Assembly (NCBI GenBank): GCA_963662285.2
Contig: CAXXMV010000002.1
Span: 320,001-384,000, forward strand
Source of the DNA: a bacterium
GTDB taxonomy: Bacteria > Hinthialibacterota > Hinthialibacteria > Hinthialibacterales > Hinthialibacteraceae
Direction: 5' to 3'
DNA: 64,000 nt
The translations under genes and the position numbers were made by a program. A model generated the notes under the pieces. That model was given only the letters and a program-made list of their open reading frames with translations. It was not told where the DNA came from and searched no databases. Below are positions 31,515 to 40,063 of this stretch, piece by piece. Within the stretch, counting starts at the first letter, position 1. Each line of letters opens with the position of its first letter.

Positions 31515-32369
31515 ATGGATATACAATACGCTATAGATCAATTTATGGGCGACAAGAATTTACAGATGCTTTTTCTGAGCGTCATTTTGACAGGGTTGCT
31601 GTGTTCGCTGCTTTCGACTTTTGTGGTAATCAAGCGTATGGCGTTAGCGGGCACAGGGATTGGCGGAGCGGCTTTAACCGGGGCATTTGTAGGGATAGCC
31701 CTTTTTCCCGCTTTAAACATCACCGAATGGCGTATATTGGCTATATCGGGAGCAAGCGCATTTTCTGTAGCCCTGATAATAATGTCATTAAAACGTTTCG
31801 CAGCTGCATGGACTGATGCACTGCTTGGCGTATTAGTTATAGGCATTCTTGTTCTTTGGATTATTTCTGTTCTCCAATGGGGGGTGGAAATCCCAGATTT
31901 GACGGTTTACCTGATTGGATCGTCTCGTATTATGACAGATCTCGATCTATATATCTTGTCGGGCGCTACATCGTTAGTTTTTATAATAGTACTATTTTGC
32001 TTTAAACCTTTGTGCGCAATATGCATTGACGCCGATTATGCGAAAGTATTGGGAAACCGGGTTGGATTACTTGAATTCACTTTCATCGGTCTATTAACTG
32101 CAACGGTATTGTTTTCAATATATTACGTCAATTACTTGTTCACCGTAGCCATGTTGATTTTCCCCGGCCTTTGTGGACGTTTGGTTTCAGTTCAGCTTCG
32201 GAAAATGGTTTTTGTCTCAATCATTTTAGGCGTATCCTCGTGTGTTTTAAGCGTTTTTCTTTCTAAGGCGATAATTGATTGGCCATCTACAATCATATTA
32301 GTTGTTATTCAACTGGCCTTGGCGGTGTTGTTTTTCGGGAGTAATCGGATTCGTGCCTTGAACGCATAG
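31515..32369 (+). CDS. Metal ABC transporter permease (ABC-3/ZnuB-like), divergent
   Basis: FVVIKRMAL, YLIGS, D.DYAKVLG, MLIFP; follows the ATPase gene. Confidence 0.78.
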   Translation: MDIQYAIDQFMGDKNLQMLFLSVILTGLLCSLLSTFVVIKRMALAGTGIGGAALTGAFVGIALFPALNITEWRILAISGASAFSVALIIMSLKRFAAAWTDALLGVLVIGILVLWIISVLQWGVEIPDLTVYLIGSSRIMTDLDLYILSGATSLVFIIVLFCFKPLCAICIDADYAKVLGNRVGLLEFTFIGLLTATVLFSIYYVNYLFTVAMLIFPGLCGRLVSVQLRKMVFVSIILGVSSCVLSVFLSKAIIDWPSTIILVVIQLALAVLFFGSNRIRALNA

Positions 32370-32384
32370 AAACGGAGGCCGTAA

Positions 32385-33410
32385 TTGAATAAACCAATTT
32401 TGGCGATAACTATGGGCGACGCAGCGGGCGTCGGTCCGGAAATAATAGCAAAAGCCTTGTCGCATGATGATGTTTTACAAAAGTGTTCTCTGCTGATTAT
32501 CGGTTCTGAACGCGCCTTGCAACGTGGAATGGAAATAACCGGCTGCTCGTTTGCTTATGATAAATATACCCCTGGCCATGATTTGCCATCCAATTTAAGC
32601 GCTATAACCCTTTTGAATGAAGAAGGTTTTTTCGACGAGCATCTCCCGCTGGCGGCGATTGAAGCATCATGCGGCGCCGCAGCTTTCTCATGGTTGAATC
32701 AGGGGATTCAATTAGCCTTAAACCATAAGGTCGCCGCTGTGGTTACGGCGCCTCTGCATAAAGAGGCATTAAACCAAGCCGGACATCATTACGCCGGGCA
32801 TACCGAGATTTTGGCTGAAAAGACGGGTACGGAAAAATTCAGTTTAATGCTGATATCTGGATTATTCCGCGTGGTGCATGTCACCTGTCATGAAGCATTG
32901 GCGGATGTAGGCCCCATGCTGACTCAAGAGCGCATCATCAACTCCATTACCCTATTCGATCATGCTCTGACCAATCTGGATCAACATCGACCGCGCATTG
33001 CCGTCTGCGCATTCAATCCTCATGCTGGCGAGGGAGGATTGTTTGGCAAAGAAGAGCAGGAATCCATTCAACCAGCCATCGAGTATTGCGCTTCTGAAGG
33101 AATTAATGTTGAAGGGCCGTTTCCATCTGATTCCATCTTCCCCCAGCTGATCGGGGGACGCTATAACGGCGTGGTAGCCATGTATCACGATCAAGGGCAT
33201 ATCCCATTCAAACTGGCCAATTTTAAATTTGATCCAATAAATAAGGAATGGGAGACGGTTACTGGAGTCAATGTGACCTTGGGACTGCCTATTATTCGCA
33301 CTTCGGTTGATCATGGGACAGCATTTGATATTGCTGGTACAGGCAAAGCGTCAGAGCGGTCTTTGCTAGATGCTATTGATGTTGCGTTGCGCTTAACGCA
33401 TAAAGAGTAA
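32385..33410 (+). CDS. pdxA: 4-hydroxythreonine-4-phosphate dehydrogenase PdxA family (possibly PdxA2-type)
   Basis: TMGDAAGVGPE, GHTE, NPHAGE, MYHDQGHIP, RTSVDHGTAFDIAG. Confidence 0.95.
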   Translation: MNKPILAITMGDAAGVGPEIIAKALSHDDVLQKCSLLIIGSERALQRGMEITGCSFAYDKYTPGHDLPSNLSAITLLNEEGFFDEHLPLAAIEASCGAAAFSWLNQGIQLALNHKVAAVVTAPLHKEALNQAGHHYAGHTEILAEKTGTEKFSLMLISGLFRVVHVTCHEALADVGPMLTQERIINSITLFDHALTNLDQHRPRIAVCAFNPHAGEGGLFGKEEQESIQPAIEYCASEGINVEGPFPSDSIFPQLIGGRYNGVVAMYHDQGHIPFKLANFKFDPINKEWETVTGVNVTLGLPIIRTSVDHGTAFDIAGTGKASERSLLDAIDVALRLTHKE

Positions 33411-33425
33411 GAGCAGGTCTACCGC

Positions 33426-34469
33426 ATGAAAGAAGAGTCCGCCAAGCGTATACTCGATCCCGCTGCTGAGCAGGATGATATATTAACGCCTGAATCTATC
33501 CGCCCGCAAACATTGTTTAATTTCATCGGCCAGGCGGAATTAAAAAGCAAGATGGAAATTTGCATTGAAGCAGCGCTCAAACGGGGCGAGGCCTTAGACC
33601 ACGTTTTATTCTCAGGGCCGCCGGGGTTGGGCAAAACCACTCTGGCGCACATTGTCGCCAACGAAATGGGCGGTAATATCCGGTCGACTTCCGGTCCGGT
33701 GATTGAGCGTAAAGCTGATCTGGCTGGCTTGATGACCGAATTGCAACAAGGAGACGTGCTGTTCATTGATGAAATTCACCGCTTGAACCGGGTAGTGGAA
33801 GAATGCCTCTATCCCGCCATGGAAGATTTCTTTATCGATATCCTGATCGGTGAAGGACCGCACGCCAAATCAGTAAAAATTGACTTGCCTCAATTCACAT
33901 TAGTAGGCGCCACAACCCGTTCGGGCATGTTGACTGGTCCGTTACGCGACCGTTTTGGCATCCAATGCCGCCTTAATTTTTATAACCCTGAAGATATAGA
34001 AAAGATTTTGATACGGTCGGCCAAAGTTTTTAAGATTCCTTTTGAGTACGATGGATTGCGGGAATTGTCTATGCGCTCTCGCCGCACTCCACGGGTGGCC
34101 AATCGGCTTTTACGCCGGGTCCGCGATTACGCCCAGGTTCGTTCTGATGGAATCTTGACGCGTAAAGTAGTGGAAGAAGCGCTCAGCCTGCTGGAGATTG
34201 ATGAACAAGGCCTGGATCAAATGGATCGGCGTATCATGCAGACCATTGTGGATAAGTTCGGAGGAGGCCCGGTCGGGCTGCGAACCCTGGCTATATCTAT
34301 CGGCGAGGATGATGGTACGCTGGAAGAAGTCTATGAACCGTTTCTGATTCAAGAAGGATTTATAAACCGAACCCCCGGCGGACGCATACTAACCGCTAAA
34401 GGTTACGCCCACCTAGGATTGAAGCTGCAAGAAGATTTTCCCCTGCAAGGCGGGTTATTCAGCGATTAG
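33426..34469 (+). CDS. ruvB: Holliday junction branch migration helicase RuvB
   Basis: [33 protein letters not shown]. Confidence 0.98.
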   Translation: MKEESAKRILDPAAEQDDILTPESIRPQTLFNFIGQAELKSKMEICIEAALKRGEALDHVLFSGPPGLGKTTLAHIVANEMGGNIRSTSGPVIERKADLAGLMTELQQGDVLFIDEIHRLNRVVEECLYPAMEDFFIDILIGEGPHAKSVKIDLPQFTLVGATTRSGMLTGPLRDRFGIQCRLNFYNPEDIEKILIRSAKVFKIPFEYDGLRELSMRSRRTPRVANRLLRRVRDYAQVRSDGILTRKVVEEALSLLEIDEQGLDQMDRRIMQTIVDKFGGGPVGLRTLAISIGEDDGTLEEVYEPFLIQEGFINRTPGGRILTAKGYAHLGLKLQEDFPLQGGLFSD

Positions 34470-34550
34470 CAAGAATAAGCAGAAAAAGCCCTGCCTCAGT
34501 GAGATTAAATCTATTATTGGTTATTTCTTTGTGAAGGGAATTGCTATCAA

Positions 34551-34685
34551 CCCTCTCCTAGCCTCTCCCAATCTTGGGAGAGGAATGTTTATCTACAGTA
34601 TTATGTATAACTAAGATTTTGCATATAACTGGTGATATGTGCAAAATCCCTTTCCCCCAAGTTTGGGGGAGAATTCAAGAGGGGC
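34551..34685. repeat. Two inverted REP-like palindromes flanking a third hairpin, between convergent genes
   Basis: CCTCTCCCAA-TC-TTGGGAGAGG (34562-34583); GATTTTGCATAT...ATGTGCAAAATC (34615-34648); TTTCCCCCAA-GT-TTGGGGGAGA (34651-34672). Confidence 0.65.
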
Positions 34686-34749
34686 TTGTTTTCTTAACCT
34701 TGGATTTTCGATTGGCGTAACAGTCATAGCCTAAAAACTATTTTCAGGA

Positions 34750-35688
34750 TTAAAACCTATGGCACTCCAGACATTTTTGAGAAGATACCCCCATCATCAT
34801 ACGATGGGGCATTGTTTTAAATAATTGATTTGGCGTGCGAATTTTGCTGCCTTGCGGAAAGTGGCACAGGATGCATTGTGAGGCCTGATTATGGAAGGGC
34901 GCCCCAGTAACCGGAGGCGCCGTGGCTTGATGGCATTCCAGACACTCATCACTCCGATGGCAGGTCATACAACTGGAGCGGTCAAAAGAGGCCTTGATCC
35001 CATGGGTTTTCCTGCGCCATAAGTTGCTATGGCTTTTAGGTTTATTATTGCTATGGCAGATAAAGCACGAATCTTCTTCATGACAAATCAGGCAAGATTC
35101 CTTATCATCAAAAACCATCTGTCGTCCATGAGTCTTCGTCCAATGCTTGGTATGAGATGCCGGAGCAGTTATTAAATCCAACTCCCGGTGACATGATTGG
35201 CAGTCGGTAGACAATCCCGACTGCTCCTGATTATCGATAGCATTATCCATAGTCGGAATATTTTTCAATGAAGAGAAATCTGATTTGGGAATATTTTTGT
35301 GGCAAGACAGGCAATCCGTATCCTCATTCAGGAAATCACTGTGTTTGTAATCCAACTCACTCCATTTCTTATCCACAAATGGAAGAATAAGATTCCGGTG
35401 AGAGACCACCTTCTCTTCCGTTATCTCGATTTTCTCCTTCTCATGACATTCCATGCATGATTTGAGAGCATCATCTTCTAACTCATGACAATTCAGACAA
35501 AGTTCAAAAGTGGGTACAGTGATATCCGCATCCCCCAGTTCGTGACATTCCTCACAACCGACTTCTTGTTCAAAATGAATTTTGTGAGGGAAGATATGTG
35601 GGAGATTATCGGGGTCGCACGACATCATCAGGAAACCTATTACTCCAGCGAACAAAATAGCTTTATAAGAATTATGAGATAGTTTCAT
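34750..35688 (-). CDS. Multiheme c-type cytochrome lipoprotein, 11 CxxCH
   Basis: Start MKLSH at 35688, 1 nt after the porin stop; lipobox-like LMMSC; CEECH, CLNCH, CMECH, CLSCH, CQSCH, CLICH, CFICH, CMTCH, CLECH, CILCH, CLECH. Confidence 0.92.
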   Translation of the reverse strand: MKLSHNSYKAILFAGVIGFLMMSCDPDNLPHIFPHKIHFEQEVGCEECHELGDADITVPTFELCLNCHELEDDALKSCMECHEKEKIEITEEKVVSHRNLILPFVDKKWSELDYKHSDFLNEDTDCLSCHKNIPKSDFSSLKNIPTMDNAIDNQEQSGLSTDCQSCHRELDLITAPASHTKHWTKTHGRQMVFDDKESCLICHEEDSCFICHSNNKPKSHSNLWRRKTHGIKASFDRSSCMTCHRSDECLECHQATAPPVTGAPFHNQASQCILCHFPQGSKIRTPNQLFKTMPHRMMMGVSSQKCLECHRF

Positions 35689-35689
35689 T

Positions 35690-37078
35690 TTAGAAATGCA
35701 CCCCCAATTCCAGCCGGAGCGAATACCATTGGTCGTCATCGTAATCGCTATCCTCAATTTGAAAAGTTGCGGCTGTATAGAGTTTCCGGTTTGGCTTCCA
35801 TTTGACGCGCGTGAAATAGGTCAATACATCCGGCGTTATACGGAAGATGTTGTCCTGTCCGGTATTATATAAAATAAATTCATCCCTGAATTCCTGGACA
35901 TACTCACCATAATCAACGCCAAATGATAAGTCCCATTTTTTGGAAGGAGAATATTCTATTTCTCCCGTGATCCCCGTAAATTCATCGCCCGAATCAACAT
36001 CCCAGAACTCACCATCAATGCTTAGCGTAAGTTTATCCAGAGGATAAAATTCCGCTCCGGCAATGAATCGTACAAAATCCCGATTGGTATAGGCGCTGAC
36101 GGGATCAGAAGTGCTTTCGGTTTCACGGAAATCCAGTCCAACGTGAAGGCTCATCCATGAATTCAGGCCTTTACTGAGAAATGAAGAGAAATAAGTAAAA
36201 GGTTCATATCCATTGAGTAAAGGGAAGTAGGGATTGAAATTAATGGTGTGGTCGCCAATATTATCGAAAAGATGGATGATTTGAATGGATGCATCCACAT
36301 CCCAAACATCCACTCTTCCATGCCAATCCGATTGTAAAAGGTACGGCTCGCCGTCGAGTAATGATAGTTCTAAATGAGTTTGTAAATTGGGAGTAAATCG
36401 ATGCCACAATTGGGCTTCAATCAGATCATCTCTAAATTGATCCGTATCGTATCGATAGAAAAGCAACGCTGCTTTGGTATGAGGAGAGAAACGGTACTCA
36501 AAATTCGTACCATATAAAGCGTCCCCATGAGTAGATGAATAATACGTGATCGGACGCCCGCCAAAAACAGTTATCTCCAGAGGATCAATCGGTGAAAATT
36601 GGTATGACGCTCCATCGAAATGAGCGTAATCCACCATTTCCAGGAACTGCCGCCCGACTCTTAAACGGCTCTCGTCAAATCCAATCTGCTTAAAATCCAG
36701 GTATCCTAGATAGTAACGAAAACGGATATCGGCTGATGAATTCAAATCAACGAAGGGATCATAACTATCCGTTGTATTTAACGAACTGGCGCCATTCAGG
36801 TCTTCATGCCATGACATTGAAAAAGCGCCGTCAATCCGATCCTTGACAATATCTTCCATGTTTAATGAAAAGAACTCATAAAGATCATGGTCATCACGAC
36901 TACCGTAATCGCGGAACCAATAAGTAGAATGTAGACTCCCTGATAGTTTGAGTGATTCCAGAATACGAGTGGGAGTAACGCTATCTATAATTTCCGCACT
37001 TTCCTGGCTGTAAACCGGCGGGGATATAATTATCCCGATCCAAAGTATGCATATAAATGGGAGACATTTGTTATTCAT
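35690..37078 (-). CDS. Outer-membrane beta-barrel (porin) of a porin-cytochrome cluster
   Basis: Signal peptide, amphipathic strands, LRVGRQ...FDG motif, C-terminal beta-signal WYSLRLELGVHF. Confidence 0.82.
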   Translation of the reverse strand: MNNKCLPFICILWIGIIISPPVYSQESAEIIDSVTPTRILESLKLSGSLHSTYWFRDYGSRDDHDLYEFFSLNMEDIVKDRIDGAFSMSWHEDLNGASSLNTTDSYDPFVDLNSSADIRFRYYLGYLDFKQIGFDESRLRVGRQFLEMVDYAHFDGASYQFSPIDPLEITVFGGRPITYYSSTHGDALYGTNFEYRFSPHTKAALLFYRYDTDQFRDDLIEAQLWHRFTPNLQTHLELSLLDGEPYLLQSDWHGRVDVWDVDASIQIIHLFDNIGDHTINFNPYFPLLNGYEPFTYFSSFLSKGLNSWMSLHVGLDFRETESTSDPVSAYTNRDFVRFIAGAEFYPLDKLTLSIDGEFWDVDSGDEFTGITGEIEYSPSKKWDLSFGVDYGEYVQEFRDEFILYNTGQDNIFRITPDVLTYFTRVKWKPNRKLYTAATFQIEDSDYDDDQWYSLRLELGVHF

Positions 37079-37112
37079 ACTTTATACTCTTTTTCAGTGA
37101 TATTTACGTGAT

Positions 37113-37709
37113 CTACTCCGTTTTTTTCTTTTCTACTTTATGAGCGATAAGTTTGATTGCCTGTTCAAAATCAAATCCTGATTTTTTGCCCTCTTTATCG
37201 GTATACCTATCCGTTTTCCAATTAGGACTTTCCGGATTATGACATTTTATACAGGTTTTCTCATTGGGTTCCCAAATATGAGGAATAACTTTCTCTCCCC
37301 GTTTTGATTCGAGATGCAACTCGCTCGGTCCATGGCACATTTCGCACTGAGTACTGAGCATTGATTTCAGATAAGCCGTCTCGTCCTTTTTGGATTTGAT
37401 ATCCTCAAAAGCGGCGAATGGCGGCTCGAAATCTTTTATTTGAAAACCGCCTGGTTCTCCATATCCAGTGGTGTGGCACTTCAAACACTTGGGGTCTTTT
37501 TGCTCGTCGCCTTTAAGCAAGAAAAAAGTTTTATAATGTTTTCGAGTCATCCAGTCATCAAGGTATTTGCCGGTTGATTTCAGGTTGTGGCACTTTTTGC
37601 ATTTTAGCGCTCCAACAAACTCCACTTTCTTTTCTTCGGTCATTGTCTGGGAAATTAACAATGTGCCAAGCAATCCTGTGATCATAAAAGTTATAAGTAA
37701 GCGCTTCAT
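37113..37709 (-). CDS. Periplasmic tetraheme cytochrome c (c554-like family)
   Basis: Signal peptide from ATG 37709 (RBS GGAG); FVG..CKKCH, CLKCHTTG, CEMCHGP, CIKCH. Confidence 0.9.
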   Translation of the reverse strand: MKRLLITFMITGLLGTLLISQTMTEEKKVEFVGALKCKKCHNLKSTGKYLDDWMTRKHYKTFFLLKGDEQKDPKCLKCHTTGYGEPGGFQIKDFEPPFAAFEDIKSKKDETAYLKSMLSTQCEMCHGPSELHLESKRGEKVIPHIWEPNEKTCIKCHNPESPNWKTDRYTDKEGKKSGFDFEQAIKLIAHKVEKKKTE

Positions 37710-37856
37710 GGGAGTACTCCCTATTTCCAAAAATTTTGACTATTATCAAAAAAGCTTATTCAATAATAATTATTATTCGAGGGGAGTTATGGTTTTTGTC
37801 AGAATTAATCGATAGAATCCCCCATAGAAAGATTTCTTATAATTACAATGATGTAA

Positions 37857-38571
37857 AAAAATCACTTTTTCCTTGCCATAGTTTTTCTGGCAGGGGAAAT
37901 GATTGTAATTTCCGTTGATTTTTTCCGAGGCATGAAAAATCCTTAAATAGGAATTTTGATATATATCGTTGGTCCAATGATTTCAGCAACGGGCTTGTTA
38001 CGCGTTCCATTTGGTATGTGGCTGGAACTTAGAAAACGGTTGAAAGGAATAGAATCAAAAGCATTACCAGTTTTTGATCTGAATAATCCGCAGTATAAGT
38101 TCAATCTTGCTGTTTTATCGAATAGCCCATCACCCAGCATCCATTGGCATATCGGTTTTAATTACGAAGTAGAATAGTATGCCAGCGATGAAGATCGTCA
38201 AGTAATCCCCTGGATTCCGGTAATCCACAATGATGACAGGATCGAAGAATTTGTTAGTGAAGACGCAGTTGATTTTGATGTTACTATAATTACCGGAATG
38301 GAAAGCGGATTGGACGGTTTATCCCTGGAATAATGGACATTTTGAGTTCCCCGGATGTTATCGTTGCCATGATGATTTACATAAAAACGCTGAGGGTGGA
38401 AGCATCAGCAATGACTGTAATTTATGCCACAAGATTGTTCGTCAGGGAGAGGGTTGGGACGAAATTTCCAATCTGCAATCTCAAGAACAAAAGTTTAATC
38501 ATCCCAGAGGGATAGGAGATGACTGGGAGGGACAAAATTGTGATGAATGCCATGCGCCGGGGATGATTTGA
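37857..38571 (+). pseudogene. Collapsed pseudogene of a membrane-anchored multiheme (NapC/NirT-annotated family) cytochrome c
   Basis: One frame reads LAIVFLAGEMIVISVDFFRGMKNP*IGILIYIVGP...LPVFDLNNP...SIHWHIG..EVE*YASDEDRQVIPWI (stops 37944, 38175). After a frame change, 38293-38571 reads PEWKADWTVYPWNNGHFEFPGCYRCH...DCNLCH...NCDECHAPGMI*. Confidence 0.8.
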
Positions 38572-38640
38572 TTTGAAATATTAAGAATAGAAAAGATAAT
38601 TTAACGAATTTAAGAGATAAATAAAAATATGTAAATAATC

Positions 38641-39561
38641 TCAAAGCAAACTATAAGCGAATTTTTCAAAGTAAGTTCGGCTGAATTTTCCTTTATCAAC
38701 ATCTTCTTTGATCATATGCAATGCGTCTATAGGTTTCATTGCGTTGCGGTAAGGCCGGGATTCGTTGGTTAAAGCTTCGTATGCGTCGATGATGCCGATT
38801 ATCTGTCCGCAATCGGAAATTTTAGAAATTTTGTTGGGGTAACCGCTCCCATCCAGTTTCTCATGATGTTCCATGATAGCGCACTTGAGGCATTCGTTAT
38901 CAAGGTTGCTATCTTCAATGATCTCAAAACCCAGTGAGGTATGAGTTTTCATGATAGCAAATTCACTGTCATTCAATTTTCTCGGCGCCGTTAGAATGTC
39001 AGAGGAAATCCTGGTTTTCCCCAGATCGTGATAAAGCGCTCCAAGCCCCATATTTAAGGTTTCCTCCATGCTGTATCCAACGCCAAAACAATAAGAAATT
39101 ACCAGAGCCATAACGTTGATGGAATGAATTGTGGTTGTGTAATCCTTGAAGGAGAGAGAGGCCAGAGATTTGAGGTTATCAGGCTGACCTACGTATTGGA
39201 GTATCAGAATTTCCATCGTATCCGGCATGGTTTCTAATTTGCCGCTTCGAGGATCTTCCAGCGCGTCTTCAACCAAAGTAACCAATATCTCTTTGACTTG
39301 AGCGATGTTCCCGCTTTTGATCTCTTTTTCAAGTTTTTTGTTATATATTTGCTGAATCTCAATAGCAGCTTGCTTCTTATCTTTTTCATCTATGAACAAA
39401 ATGGGAAAATTGCCATTCCCTAGTCGCACATCTGATATTCTTTTTCCCGCAGGTTTATAAAGTATGTAATGATTATTGGCTGATCGATAATATAAATCGA
39501 CGTCTTTATAGTGTCTGACAAATTCATCATTAACTTGGAGATAGGTATTTGAATCTATCAT
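38641..39561 (-). CDS. HD-GYP domain protein (c-di-GMP phosphodiesterase)
   Basis: HSINV, YHDLGK, MKTHT, HHEKLDGSGYP, DAYEALT..RPYR; likely ATG 39561. Confidence 0.92.
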   Translation of the reverse strand: MIDSNTYLQVNDEFVRHYKDVDLYYRSANNHYILYKPAGKRISDVRLGNGNFPILFIDEKDKKQAAIEIQQIYNKKLEKEIKSGNIAQVKEILVTLVEDALEDPRSGKLETMPDTMEILILQYVGQPDNLKSLASLSFKDYTTTIHSINVMALVISYCFGVGYSMEETLNMGLGALYHDLGKTRISSDILTAPRKLNDSEFAIMKTHTSLGFEIIEDSNLDNECLKCAIMEHHEKLDGSGYPNKISKISDCGQIIGIIDAYEALTNESRPYRNAMKPIDALHMIKEDVDKGKFSRTYFEKFAYSLL

Positions 39562-40063
39562 TGTTTTATATCCGTGAAGTAGTAACAAGTTGCAATTCAA
39601 TCCCATTATTTACTAATGGAATTAGTATTTTGAAAATGCCGCAATAATAACATCGACTCACGTATGTCTTGCATCGCTTTTAGAATTCAACGGTGATTCC
39701 ATCCGCGATTTAACATCTTGATCTAGTTTAAATTATTACTGCATTGAGCCAGAAAGGAAGTGCATAAATAGATATTAACATTTTCAATATGTAACAAATT
39801 GATACAGGTAAATTTTTTTGTTCTACGGCTAATTTGCTCGGATTCGTAAATTCCCTTTAAAACTTATGATATGATACACCTTGCAAAACATAGTTTCTAT
39901 GTCATCCCGCGAAAATGTTTGCAATATTTATTTTATGTAAAGATATAAAACAATAAAAAATATTGTCCTTAATGGCGTAATCATCTTTGGATTAAATTAA
40001 TTATAAGGAATACTTTTATCCGTATCAATTACCTTACAATCAGGGGAAATTCAGGTATTCGTA

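Noticed and set aside
37944-38177. In-frame TAA/TAG at apparent Tyr positions as stop-codon recoding or pyrrolysine
   Set aside because: TAA and TAG terminate normal genes throughout the window, and the same locus also has deletions and a frameshift; decay is simpler
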